From: Lytechinus pictus
Lineage: Eukaryota
Reading direction: 5' to 3'
DNA length: 64,000 bases
NCBI RefSeq assembly: GCF_037042905.1
Contig: NC_087251.1
Span: 34,040,001-34,104,000, forward strand
Positions 1 to 13,639 of the stretch are shown here, one piece after another (the stretch's first letter is position 1; the number at the start of each line of letters is the position of its first letter). Made by a program: the position numbers and the translations under genes. Below the pieces are notes generated by a model. It was not told where the DNA came from, did no database searches, and saw nothing but the letters and a program-made list of their open reading frames with translations.

Positions 1-889
1 ACAGGTAAAGTTGTAAAATTCGACCTTCTCTTTGTCGAATATTTGTATTAGTTGAAGCAAATTGTGCAAAAATGTGATATATACTTCTTTTAAGTCAAAT
101 TTCTCCCAAGCCTAACAGATTTCTCTGGTACAAATACATTTGACTTGGGCAAAGGTACCTGCATTGTACTATATGAATCACAATATTACATTTCTTTTTT
201 TCAAAGGATAATCCAATCCAAGTTTGGATTTATTTTGAAAGAAGAGGGGATAAAAGTAGAGGAGCAGAAAGGTGAATTTTACGCAATAATGGACAAACAA
301 TAAGAAAGTTATGAATTTGTTCAAGTTATAAAAAATTGTACAGGTCACTGTATCTCTGTGGATTTCAAATTGGCCGCATATAGGAAATGTGAAGACAGAT
401 GTTCAAAATTAATACTAGTACATGATTTTATGCATGGCTGGTGAACGGTGACCTGTTCTTATGTTGAGATCAACCCTATCTGTCCCGTTTTTTGTTAAAG
501 TAGGAGTGAATTTCCTAAATCTGCAAAGATCAGATTGCAACTTTAGCTGACAGGAATCAATATGATTGGGGATCTGATTCAGCACCAGAGAAAAGGGTCC
601 CATTTATAACAAATGCACAATTTCAATAACAAATTTACTATCAGCCAATCAAATTGAAGGATTTCAGTAGCTTTAAACTATTATTGCAAATTTTATCATC
701 ACAAGTTTTATGAAATGGTCCATGGGTCAATGGATGTGCATAAAGTCAGATGCAATGTTATGAAACAGGTTCATGAAAAACAGGAGGCAACATTTTTTTT
801 TGTCTTCTGGTGAATCTCTTGGGACCAGAGACATCTCTTTGACTTAGGCGAAATTTGACTAAGAAGATGTAAATGACACGTGTTCAGTA

Positions 890-1359
890 TGGCAAGTTCC
901 CCCAAGTCTGCACAGTCCCCCTTGTCTGCGCACACGCGTATCTGCGCGATTCTAGTACAAGAAGATACGCAACGACCACAGACTTTACACATGTAATACA
1001 TAGAAAGATATTCATTTAAAAAAAAATCTGACTAAAAATGGTGGAAAAATAATGAAATTTGGGCATTTCATGTGACGGCCTCAAAATGCAGCCTTTTTCA
1101 TCAAAATCCCTGAATCGTGTGCAAAGTGAATGGGTGCGCAGAAATGGGGTACCATTTTTTGGTTCAATCTGAAAATGACTGCCCGATGTTTTTCCCAAGA
1201 AAATCATATATTTCTTTCAAATTTTTATGAGATATTTGGTTCCCTTAATCATAATAATATAAGGAAAATTATCAACTGAAAGATTTTGTGAAATAAAAAG
1301 AAATTCATGTTAAATCTTAACTCAAATCGTTAGGTGCGCAGACTTGGGGACCACCATCA
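890..1359. mobile_element. TA-flanked ~470-bp non-autonomous element with subterminal inverted repeats (copy 1)
   Basis: TA|TGGCAAGTTCCCCCAAGTCTGC...TGCGCAGACTTGGGGACCACCATCA|TA; a closely similar copy lies at 42194-42659. Confidence 0.85.
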
Positions 1360-2724
1360 TATAATCTGGTCTGAAATAATGGTGAGCATTCGACTTAAAG
1401 GCCGACTTATGCAGAGACTCCTGCATGCATAAACTACACTACAAAATCTCACAAAAACCTCTCACTTCCCTGCTTAGACATATTCTGCTGCCATTTCTAG
1501 AGATAATGTAGTTGAAATGCATAACTAATGCTATCCACAAGGAGAGGAAAAACAGTAAAATGTTTCCTTTATTATCATTCTTGATTTGTTAGATTCTTCT
1601 CTTCTTTTTTTTTAAACCAAATATCAGTCATTCACCAGGTAGCAAAAATACAAATTAAGATAATTTACATATTCGTTTGAGGTCAATATTTACTATGCTA
1701 CTGCACTGCCAATAAATGATGACCATTGAAGACAGCATGAAATATTAATAGTTGCCAACAAATGCATTTTACATTTCAATGCAGACCAATCAACAAGAAA
1801 TGAAGTGCGGAACCCTGTAACATAAAAAAGATGCAATCGATATTCATAATCAATTATCATTTTCAGTACATAGTTTGCCATAGATGTACAATTACAATCA
1901 ATTATAGCGTCTGTGTTACAGGGCCCTGGTTTTGCAACTCAAGAAGACAATAAAAAATGATGGAAACCTGAAGTATAGGTCTTTACTTCTAGAAAATTCA
2001 GATATAGCTATGAATCAAGTCACTAACACATAAGGTACAGTATGTAATTCAGCAGAAAAACAAGATGAGAAAACATAAATAGAAATAATCAAATAAACCT
2101 GATTTTTATATGATTACAACTGTGTTTATATACACAGAAAGTTGTATTGAACAAAATAAATATGGCAAGGTGAGCAAAATGCAAAGAGGATATAAACATG
2201 AAAAAAAAACAAAAAACATTGTATTGACATAGTACAAACAAATCATGTCTGGCTGACCAACAAGTAGATTCAAGGGGGGGGGGGTTCTAGGGCAGCTCTC
2301 CCTGGAGACAGGGGAGCGGGGATGTTGTCCTGTTACACTTTAGTTTTTAATAAATTTGTTTGAAAGAATCAAGATTTCTATTTTTAAGATTGACTGAAAA
2401 AAATTGACATTCTGGAGTTGATGTCACAAGACCTGTTTTCAATACCAGATGGTGGAATCCTAGGACGATTTGGTTTTATTACTTTTTACTCAAAGTGCAT
2501 ATTTTACATTAAAACCAAGAACCATCAGCGCCTACTCTTTACCAAAAGCAAAGTTGCTTATTAAGTAGAAATCAACCTTGAGTTGATATACAAAACCCAT
2601 GGATATTAACCCACCTTAAATTTCCCATTGTTTCTTTTTTTTTATCAAAATGCAAATATTATTGGTTTGTAATTCACTTGGTATAAAAGCACTCGGGTCT
2701 ACTTCTCAAATACATTGTAGTCTA

Positions 2725-3144
2725 AGACACCGTTCTCACTACATTCCTAAAACTAGTTTAGTGGAAACTAGTATAACGCGTAGTGAGAACGGTCGAAGCA
2801 GTCTTGGAAGCGATCTTCCAAACCGGTTCAGAAAACCATCTCGCGATGTAGTTTTCAAGATCATTTTGCCTCGTTAAACTGGTTTTAGCGTGAGGACACA
2901 ACCGTTCTTCGGGGAGCGATCTTCGCACATTTTGAGCACGCTACTCCACACGACAGGTGTAGAATGCGGTTTTGAATTTCCCACTGAGAGCGTTTCCATA
3001 GCAACAAGATCGCTTTACGTGAAGTGATTTTGAAAACCACTTTCGTGTGATCAAGTGGGAACGCTAGCAAAGTGATCTTCCAAACTGGTTTCCTGAACCG
3101 GTTTCCAGTAAACTAGTTTTAGAAAGCATAATGAGAACGGCCTC
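2725..3144. mobile_element. Palindromic MITE, Harbinger-like (TAA flanks)
   Basis: CCGTTCTCAC...CTAAAACTAGTTTA mirrored by TAAACTAGTTTTAG...TGAGAACGG. Confidence 0.7.
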
Positions 3145-4367
3145 TAATACCACATGGGCTAAACCAAATAAGTCATCCATCTCTTTGGTCTACTTGCCAT
3201 TTGGTCTACATTACACTTGGGCTAATTTCTACCTTGTCGACTCATTATTTTGTACTTTGCTAAATGGAATCTTGATTCATAAACAGTTCAACTAACCTTA
3301 TAATACGACATGGTGTAAGACCAAATGGATATTAGATGAAATAGGTATAGCCTGACTGGAAATTAGATACGAGTAATTAATGGGCTAAATGGCAATTAAA
3401 CCCAGATGTACTGGTTGTCGATGAACTAGGATCCCATGATTGGAATCATGGGACCAAACAGAAAATAGACAAATCAACATGCAGACAGCCCTTCCACAGC
3501 ACACATAGCTTCAACCTCAATTTCGGTCAACCCCAATCAATTTAAACTGATTGTGCTTTATACATAGTACACTGATAATTCTATCTAAAAAAATGCATTC
3601 AGTAGCATGCAATCATCTCATCAGAAACCTACTTTTTAATCAGTTCTATACTAGTGGTGGTCACATAGTTTAAATGAAAAAAAAAACAAATCCATATTTA
3701 CATGGATAATAAGAAGACATTTATAAACAAGGGGAAAAATATTCTTTTTTTAAAATCTATGACCCTTTTAAAAAAGAAGAGTCGTTATCAAAATGTATAC
3801 TTTACAAACGCATCACACACAGTTAACATCTGGCTAAAAAAAATAAGTGCATCCAAGTTTTGTCCAATTTCACAAAACATCAATCATTTAAATTGATATC
3901 CTAAACACCAAATCTACTGTTAAGTATGGTTGTATAAATGAGGGAATAATTTCATTATGGGGCTTGACAATATTGGGTTGAATTTGTAATAGTAACTGCC
4001 TCTCAATCGAAAAGGTTTAAAATATAATGAAATTGCTTAAAGGTCAGGTGACTTGGAATGTATCAGCATCAAAATGCCTATTAATAGCAAAAACAAGATC
4101 CAAAATGTGGAAGAAATAACTCATCTTCTATTTTATTTTTCAATAGTTAAAGTTGTGGTAAAGACATTGTGTGGCAAGTATATTCATTTTTTTTCCCAAA
4201 TAAATTCATAGTTTTTACAAACAATTAAATAATATCACTATATACTTAATACTTTATAGGTTACAGCTCAGAATAAACATAAATACCACTCAACAACAAA
4301 AAATTCATACAAAATTTTACTGTTCTATGAGTTTGATAAGTTAATTACTGTTGCATACGGGTATATG

Positions 4368-7300
4368 TCAAGTACATTCCATAATGTTTTCACCCATATG
4401 CTCTTGGCCACCCCATATGTCTTCAGGATACTGTAGCCCCTCACTTACTGATGGTGGATCATCAGAGACGCCAATCACATGATCACTATCAGACACGCCC
4501 ATCACATGACTATCGGACACACCGATCACATGACTATCCGATACACCTATGACATGACTATCTGATACACCTATAACGTGACTATCTGAAACACCTATAA
4601 CGTGACTATCCGATACGCCCATGACTGGACTATCCGATACGCCCATTACATGGCTATCCGACACGCCCATCACATGACTATCAGACACGCCAATCACATG
4701 ACCATCTGACACGCCAATCACATGACCATCTGATACCCCAATCACATCATGACTGTCAGTTACACCCATGACATGGCTGTCAGAAACATCAATCAAATGG
4801 CTACCAGACACACCCATGTCGGCTACTGACATCACATGGTTGCTGGTGACGCCCATCACGTTGGATTCGTCAGCCACACCCATTAGGTGAGGGCCCGCCT
4901 CATCAAGGTTTGACTGTAGCAGTGACTGGCTGGCAGCGGGATTGTAAACCATCCCGCTTGCCGATGATACTTCTTGATGATCATGTAGACGGTTGGCATG
5001 GTGATGTAGATGCCCATGATGATGATGATGATGATGATGATGATGGCTACTTTCCGTACTCTCTTGGATGTCATGACTGTGATGCGATCCACTAACCATG
5101 CTATGGATTGAGTGCTGATGAGAAAGAACAAACTCCGAAGATGATTCGTCCTGCAAATCAGCCTTCTCCAATGAGCTTGCTACAGAGGATTCGTCCTGAC
5201 CAAGTCCTGAGGATACAAGATGAAAGATACATTCAAAAGTAATTTTCTCAAAAACTGAAATTGTGGTCATTTACTGTGCTAGGCATTTTACCAACACAAA
5301 CAGAGAGTATCCTACAAATCCATAGAAAATGTTGTTAGAAAAAATGTTATGCCATTGACAATAACACATGGAAAAACCCTTTTTATGCATCAGGCCCCAG
5401 ATATCACCATGAATTAGCGCATTTCTAACATTCATACAATGTTCAAGATATACATACACCAATGATGATATCAGTACTCCAATACTTTTTTCTTTGTCTT
5501 ACTTTGAAGTGACTATTTATCATTCTGCAATGTGATAACAGCATCAGTATCATATAGTGATACTAGTTTACCTTTGCAATGAGTCTCTTTTGTTCAAGTC
5601 TTCGATGTATAGAGAGGACGCCCCCATTTCAGCAGGGTGCTACATAAATTTTTAGAAGTACTTGCCCACTCGGGCAAGTAAATTTTTTAATAGTTGGAAT
5701 ATACTTGCCCAATAATCTATTTCACTTGCCCGAAAAAATCCTTGAAAAAAAAAGTTTTACCTCTTCAAAAGAAAGTTTTGCGGCTTTATAAACCATTGAC
5801 CTTTTTCTCTCTTTTGACATGAACTGATCTCCCTTGTTATTGCATTTCTTTTTCCAAAGTGATTTTATCTTGCCTGCCATGACCAAAATTAGGGTTAATA
5901 TCATATCATATCGACCCTAATTTTGATAATTCCACTGTGAGAATTTTGCTAACCTAATTCCGGCAAGTAGCTTTGGTCTTTACTTCAAAACACTTGCCCG
6001 ACTCTAACTTTTACTTGCCCCGGGCAAGATGCATTTCAGCATTTTTTATGCCATATTTCCATTGTGCATAATGAAATACCTCTACAACCCAAATCGGTGG
6101 GAATCAGTCCATCGGGGCCCAATAAATGACCTCAAGAAACCATATGAATGCATAAATAGCCCCATTGAAGTCCATGTATTATTGGCCTGGTCCATAACAT
6201 ACAGAACCAGAGAGCCGTTTCATAAAGCTGTTCGTAAATTAAGAGCAACTTTAAGAACGACTGGTGAACCTTTCTTACGCGCTAAACCATCGCCAATCAT
6301 GGTGTATACCGTTTACCAAAAGAAAGGATCACCAGTCGTTCTTAAAGTCGCTCTTAACTTACGAACAGCTTTATGAAACACCCACCTAGCCACTAATTGA
6401 TTTAATATACAATTTAGTTGGTATGTTTTCACCAAACCAATTACAACATGGGTTTGAATAATTTTACATGTAAACGGTTCAGGTTTATAATGAGCTTACC
6501 TGGTAGGAGTGAGTGTGGAAGTGAGATGTCATCAGGTTCTTGATCAATACTGCTGCAGGGAGCTGCTACAGATGGGATTTCACTGGAACTTAACCCAGTT
6601 ATAGATTCACAAATTGGACTCTTTGCCGTTTCTCTCTTTAGGCGTTCTAATTGAAAGATAGAAACCCCACAACATTTATCTGACAAGGTTCCTAACAACA
6701 CCTCTTGCAGGGAATTCAAAAGTTTGTTTTATAAAATAATTTTAAATGCATGTACCGGTACATGCTTATTGATGACCAATCAAAACAAAATTAGGAGACA
6801 GAATCACTGTTTTTCCTACCTCTAATCAATATTTTGTAATGTACCCAAATCAATGTATCATTGACAAGGCTTCCATTTTGTACCCTCTACTAAATTTTGT
6901 TTTTAAATACAGATACAAAATATGGCTTTATTTTGTCAAGGTATAGTACAGGAGATAAACATGCATATCCCAATGACATGGGTGTATGCAGTCAGAGAAA
7001 CTAGAAATTTATAATCATTTAGAAACTTCTTCATTTAGTGAATTCACACTAGCACAGTGGGTAGCTCATTGTATTACAGTTTTATCTGCTATTGAAGGTA
7101 AGTCACAGAAAAAACAATGAGCATATTTATAGAATGGAAAAAAGAAAGAAATACAAGTTTTTTTTTAAACCTTGACCCAAAAAATATTGGAGTGAAGTCT
7201 TTCCCAATTGTAATATGTTGTATTGTGTACTGTAATTGACGTATTAAAGGTAATCACAGTACTGGTGAAAATAAAACATCAATACACACAAGCTTCCTCA

Positions 7301-9980
7301 TTATTTTAGTCCTTAGCCAATCTGGATGAAAAGAAATAAATAAGTTTTACTGCAAACTATCAGTTTGGACAAATTCATATTTGTACACAAAAGGTTAGCA
7401 TGAACTTTTAAATGAACATGTAATTCTTTTCGAATAAGAGCAATGTATCTGTTCAAACATGACTCTCCGAATTTTAACATCATGCATACCTATCGTAAAT
7501 CGAGACTTCTTATTGGTGTGGCTACTGCCACGCCCCTTAGACACCAGCTTTTCACTGGCTACATCACTATCACCATCCAAGACAGGTGAGATTTTGCTGT
7601 CTGTCAATGAGCTATGGTGGCGTCGTTTATGAGTATTCCGACTAGCGCTCTGGGAGAAGAGGCGTCCACAAATCTCACACTTGTACGGTTTTTCACCTGC
7701 ATTAGTAGAAATCAAAATGTAACAGGTCACATACAAATTTTGCAATAGAATTATATCGGAATAATTGGTTATGGCCTGATAATCACGTCATTTAATACAC
7801 AAAACTAATTACACTACTAAAAATGCACCCAATCTAGCTGGATTTAAGAAACAGCTGAGCAAAAACATGCTTATTAAAAGAAGTATGTAGTGGCAGCGAT
7901 TGCATGAATGGCCTGCACGTCTATAGCCTCTTTGAGGTGTTCCAGTGCAGTACTTACAAGACAAAGATGGCAACTTATATTATTAACTAAAAAAGAATTA
8001 GGGAAAAAGTAGCTACAAAAAGATAAATTATTATGTTCAATTTGAGATATTAGTTGGTCTCTATTCTATCATTGTTTATTTTATGTTTCATTTATTCATC
8101 CATTACCATCAACTGAAGAGTAAAAGATACAAAGTAAAATAATAGTTAAAAAATAAAGGCAGCAAGAAAAGCACACTATATATAGCTGCCACTCTTGCAC
8201 AAATCACTTTACAATATGGGGAATCCCATATTTCCTAATGGTCAGTAAAACAAACAGGACTATGATGGCAAGGAGACTAATTTTTTAAAAGGGTAATCCG
8301 AGCCCGGGGGGGGGGGGGGCACTCAGTATATAATGCATAGTGGGTATGTGCCGCGGAGGGGACCCCCATTTTTACACTCAAATTTCTGTTCCAAGGCATA
8401 GCATTTTTGTCTTTTTTAGAAAAAGAACAAAGAAAGCCACTCCAAAGCATAGCATTTTCTTCTTATCGAGAAAATATAAGAAATCCGCTCCAAAGCTTCG
8501 CATATTTTCCGTCACGCTGTTCCGGTCGCAATTTTGGTGAAGAGCGGCCGCAGAGCGCTGTCCGACCATCGCCTCTGCGCTTGCGCGCCCGGCAGTCGTG
8601 CCGCCGGGCTAGCTGCATGCACGTTCCATAGGGATGCATACGCACTCACACGCAGGCGACCCGTTCCGAGGACCCCCGTTTTCACAAACGTCTGTAGTTC
8701 CGAAGCCCGTTCCGAGGACCCTCCTTTTTACAATAAGCCCGCTCCAAGGCCCCCGTTTTTGTCTCGCCCGCGGCACATCCCTACTACTTTTTTGGTCGAG
8801 TGCCCCCCCCCCGGGAATCCGGGCTGACATTTTCATTAAAATCTGCTAACAAATAGCAAAGTAACTGAGTTTTAAAGTTTAGCAATATATTGTTGAAAAC
8901 CGTTCTATGCATGTCGTCATGAATATTTATTAGATGGGATGATGATGTCACATCTCCACTTTCTTTTTTCATAATGTTATTTCATGAAAGCACAATTGTT
9001 TCATTTTTTTCATACATGGATGAATGATATGTCTCCCTTGTAATAAAATAAAGTTGCAGCAATGAATATGAAATGCAATAGAATAGTTGTCATTCCAATT
9101 TTTTTGTTCTTGAAGGAAAAAAATTGAATAAACCTAATTTCATGTAATAAAATACAAAAGTACAAGTGGGATATGACATCATCAGTTTGCTCATTGAATA
9201 TTCATGAAGACATGCCTAGGCCTGTTTCACGGGAATAATGCGAATCTTTAAAATGCCATATTTTTCATTGTCCGATTTTGATCAAATTTTCATTTTTTTG
9301 TTTGTGTGATTTTTCTTTGTCTGTTCAAATCGATGAATAGAGCATCTTTCTTTCACCTTAAGTGATATCTTGCACCATCACACTCATACCCATTTGCTAT
9401 CTGTATATTGTTCTTGTAAGATCAATGACAAATATGTTTAAGGTTAAGTTGTAATTGCGATCATTTATAGGTAACCCATGTACAAAATTTAGAATGAATT
9501 AAAGCTAGAACTTTGCACAGTAAGATGTTCCATGATTGAACACTCGCATAAAATGCTACAACCTTTTTATTCCAAAATCGGCTTCTAAGTGCACCTTAAA
9601 GCTCATTTCTCGCACTCTTTACTTACTGACACTTACCTGTATGTGTAAGTTTATGCTTCTTTAAACTAGACATCTCTGCAAACTTCTGAGTACATCCATC
9701 AAAGTCACAATTAAATGGCCGCTCACCTGGAACGCAGAAATTACATTCTCAAAGTTAATCTAAGCCATCATATCATGATAATTATAATCACAGATATCAT
9801 GGCTTATTATTTGACATAAACTTCTGGATAGTCAAAACTATCTTTGTAACAAATAAATTGGCAATTGGAGACATATTGCTGAATTTGGCAGTCTAGTGAG
9901 TCCTTGTTAAAGAATGCCATCATCACATCAGCATTATCAACATCTTTACCGTCATCACCGTCGCCATCATCATCATCATA

Positions 9981-10014
<34 letters not shown>

Positions 10015-13000
10015 CCACCACCACCACCACCACCATCATCGTCATCTCCACTATCGCCATCATCAACAAGATCATCATAATAATCATCTCATCCTCCTCC
10101 TCCTCATTATCATCACCATCATCACCATCAGCATCATCAGCATCATCCTCATTACCACCACCACCATCGCCACCCTATCATCATCACCATCACCATTAAT
10201 TATTAAGCCTTTGTTTACCAGTATGAGTCCTGAAATGATTCTTGAGGTTTCCTTGCGTGGTGAAGCTCTTATCACAGCCATCATGGGTGCATTTGAAAGG
10301 TTTGGTACCAGTGTGAATTCTACTGTGGACATTTAGAGCCTGGACTGTAAAGAATGTCTTTCCACAACCCTTGCTGGGACATGGGTAGGGACGGTCATTG
10401 CTAAAGAGAGGGAAAAAAGAACATTAGAAAATGATACAAGAGACTTTAAATACAAGACTTTTAAAATTTTCATTAAAGTTTTATTTAAAATCTCAATTTA
10501 AAGAAGAAGTTGAGACTTGAGAGCTTTGATAAATAAAGGTTACTTGAATTTCAAATGTTCACAAAAGTGGTTCAAAAATATTGTAAGATTGGATGGAATA
10601 GATGACAATCGTCTAAAAATCATATTATTGACCCTTTACAAATGCTTTAGCTGGGCTAAAATGTGCAAGTTTTTGCTGATTTGACTCAATAGGATGAGGT
10701 GATCTCCAAGGCAGCAAGGCAGTATTAATCAAAGTTCCCCCTGATTTGTGGCAATAAAATGGCATCACCATGGAAAATAGTTTCTGACACATCCAAAAAT
10801 GTGTCTCCATCTTCTCCCAAAGACCAACATGTGAAGGGCAAACTTTCATGAACATCGCATGACAAATTAATTCATTTATTTTCCAAAATTTGCAATGGAT
10901 TGACCACCCACTGTCAGTCAGACCACACAATGTTTCTTAAATACCCCTTCCAATTTCTTTGGCAGAGGTGAAATTAGAATGTGGGCTATTCAGAAAATGA
11001 GAAAGCAACTTACGCATGTGTCCTAACATGGTATTTGAGGTTAGCAGGCCAGGAGAAGCTTCTATTACAGCCATTGACAGGGCACTTGAGCAACTTGTTG
11101 CCCTTGTGGGTTTCCATGTGGTAACGGAAGTGACTGGATGACTTGAAGATCCTGCCACATTGCTCACATTTGTGCTCTCGTTTTTCTATAAGATTTTGTT
11201 TTGAAGACAAGAAAAAATCCTTAGCTATCACATCTGATAATTTTAATTCAAAAGCATATATAGTTACTGTTGTTCACATTATTGCTATCACTATAAAAGC
11301 AAGGTTTTTCAATGCTTTGATTTAACAGGAACTAAAGAGCAGTTAAAACATCAACACATCAGCAAAGGAATTAGCTAAAGAGTCAATAAATGAAGAATAA
11401 ATGAAGCTTTGATTATTTCTATACATTATTCGATTTGAAAGCATGATAATCAATATTTCAAATGAGTGATAAGTACATGTATGACATCAAATAAACTTTC
11501 ATATGAGTGCATAATGAAGGACTGTGCAACATAAAGCTTAGCGATTAATGATGAGTCTGCTTTTAAGATTGATCATACATATTAATCAAAGCAATCAATC
11601 ATAGAAATCAGCCTTATGATTAATCGCTAAGCTTTATTTTCCATGTTTAAGTATCAAGATGTACTTACCAACTTGCTTTGGAGTTGGTGCATTGTAGGTC
11701 CTAGCAATACTCTCTTGGGTTGCACAGATCAAGTTAGCGTGGGCGATATCCCGCAACCTCAGAAACTGTGCCCCTTCTCCGCCCTTCTGCATGCCCCCTC
11801 CTATCACCAGGAGGGGCATGAATGACGTGGTGGCCCCGCCCAACGATCCAAGAGGTGCCTGAGCCCTGGTCGGAAGGTTCACCAAGAAGAGACTTGATTG
11901 TTGGAGGGCCAGACTGGACAGGGCGTCCAAGGTGTCCGACTCGTCCCCGCATCCAAGCTGACTGGAGAAGTCATCGCCGTGCAGGTCGCTTCCATCGTCA
12001 TTCAGGGAATCAATGGTTGACTCGTGGTCACTGACCGTTAGGCTTGACTGAGGAACCGTCAGGGAGGAACTGAGGAGGGAGTGTGGGTCCGGTTCTACCA
12101 AAGCAGAGGAAGGGGTGTCCGCCATGCAGTTGGAACTGTGCATGAAGCTGTTTGTCATGACACTTGATGGTGAATCTCGGTCCCTCTCATGGTGTTCCAC
12201 CTTCCAAATTGAATAAAAAATACAACAGATACTAAATCATGCTGCAGTCACACAGGTGAACGGACTCTGAAACTGATAGTATGTCATTGACAATACCGGT
12301 AATGATAATAGGCATTTGTATAGCGCCATCTATCTAGAAACATTCTAGTCCGAGGCGCATTATTATTATCATTATTACCCCGGCTTTAGCTCGAGCTGCC
12401 TTTCAGCGCTCGTACATTCAAGGAATTAATCCTGCTGGGTACCCATTCACCTCACCTGGGTCAAGTGCAGCACAGTGTGGATAAATTTCTTGCTGAAGGA
12501 AAACAAGCCATGGCTAGGATTCTAACCCACGACCCTCTGTTTGAAAGGCAAGAGTCAGAACCACTAGACCACGACGTGCCCAATCACGTAAAAGTGAACA
12601 CAGATTTGTGCTCTAAACATGTTATGTATTGATCTCATTTTAAATAGAGCTTCAATATTAAGTTCATGCCTTTTCTTCAGAAAATAGCTCATAGATACTT
12701 GTAGATGCTACTAAATAATAATGAAGACTAGTATGATGTACAAGAAAATTCTGCTTGAATTTTCAAAAGTATGAATAATAGAATACATGTATTCATAAAT
12801 GTGATCAATGCAATTAATGTCCTGCATGCCTATAATATGAGAAGCAGGTTTTAATTAATACAAGAAAAACAGATTAATTGCCTGAGAACTAAACTGAAAG
12901 GCAGGCATCAACATGCAGCCAAACTGCACCAAACAAAAACATCTTAAAACAACATGTACATACCTCAACCATTACCAGATTGTAATAAATACACCAATAA

Positions 13001-13129
13001 ATGTTACATGCAGCAAACCCCCTTTCTTGATAAGAAAGATGCACACACACAACAAAATGGCTAGTAAAGTACCTTCAGGTGATGGTGGACACTGGGAAAC
13101 TGTGAAAGACTGCTGCCTGAAGCAGCCAT
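4368..13129 (-). CDS. ZNF410: ZNF410-like C2H2 zinc-finger transcription factor, 8 coding exons, ~757 aa (741 aa if the acceptor at 11185 is used)
   Basis: Exons 13129-13073, 12200-11669, 11233(or 11185)-11014, 10400-10219, 9726-9637, 7696-7490, 6646-6500, 5206-4368, all GT-AG with matching phases, total 2274 nt. [22 protein letters not shown] and fingers [46 protein letters not shown] and [22 protein letters not shown] match recalled human ZNF410 (FLRVQELAHDSLIAAT; WPAHFKYHLKTH; FTTAGNLKNH; FSQSGSRNVH). Confidence 0.88.
4459..4890 (-). repeat. Coding 24-nt tandem repeat encoding (HV[I/M]GVSD[S/G])n
   Basis: 13 well-formed and about 5 degenerate units in the last exon of the ZNF410-like gene. 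Confidence 0.95.
5633..6027. mobile_element. hAT-type MITE, 3'-truncated copy of the 46556-46906 family
   Basis: Same left TIR and body, an extra ~80-bp internal segment, and no right TIR. Confidence 0.8.
6210..6385. mobile_element. Short palindromic MITE
   Basis: GTTTCATAAAGCTGTTCGTAA...TTACGAACAGCTTTATGAAAC inverted arms of about 60 bp. Confidence 0.75.
8303..8815. mobile_element. GC-rich MITE with poly-G TIRs and an 8-9-bp TSD (hAT- or MuDR-like)
   Basis: CCCGGGGG(n)CACTC...GAGTGCCCCC(n)GGG flanked by AATCCGAG / AATCCGGG; sits in the left end of a Kolobok-like MITE. Confidence 0.8.
9915..10197. repeat. (CAT)n/(CAC)n compound microsatellite, intronic
   Basis: Directly visible; lies between ZNF410-like exons. 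Confidence 0.95.
12300..12581 (-). mobile_element. tRNA-derived SINE
   Basis: Minus strand: A-box TGGTCTAGTGG, B-box GGTTAGAATCC, core ACCCAGGTG...AATGGGTACCC, tail GCGCTATACAAATGC + (TTA)n. Confidence 0.8.
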
Positions 13130-13639
13130 TTCAGATCAGATGCAATCACTGCAACTACACAGATGAAATCACTCCCGACATCTTGAGATCAGTTCTTCCA
13201 AGCTGGCCATCTTTCAATGCAAACCTACAAAGAAATAAATTAATGTTTGGTTATTTCTTATCATGAGGTTGGTAATATATCCCTTATATTTCAGTCTTCA
13301 ATTGTATGATATATGTCTTACTTAGCATGAAAAATGTAACCTGATTTGAAAAAAAAAATGATTGTAAATCTTGACAGCAAATTATTTTGTGGATTGTTTT
13401 AGGGTTAACATGAAGGCATCAGATCTAATTGCTGCCAAATGTTCATGGAAGCAACAGTGAACATGGATTAGGTTCACAGGTTCATGTATGTTGAATGTAC
13501 ATGTAGAATTCATTCATGACCAATGTGTATTTTTGTAGATCACTGGGTAGCAGTAATGTACAATGATATGTATCTTATGTATAGTTTAGTGGTATTGTGT
13601 TTTAATGGTTGTGGCAAATAAATATTCATTCACTATATT

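Noticed and set aside
8340..8972. Cluster of overlapping short ORFs
   Set aside because: They arise from the GC-rich interior of a MITE and show no recognisable domain.
9914..10336. 140-aa His-rich plus-strand ORF
   Set aside because: It is the translation of a (CAT)n microsatellite plus the antisense of a real zinc-finger exon.
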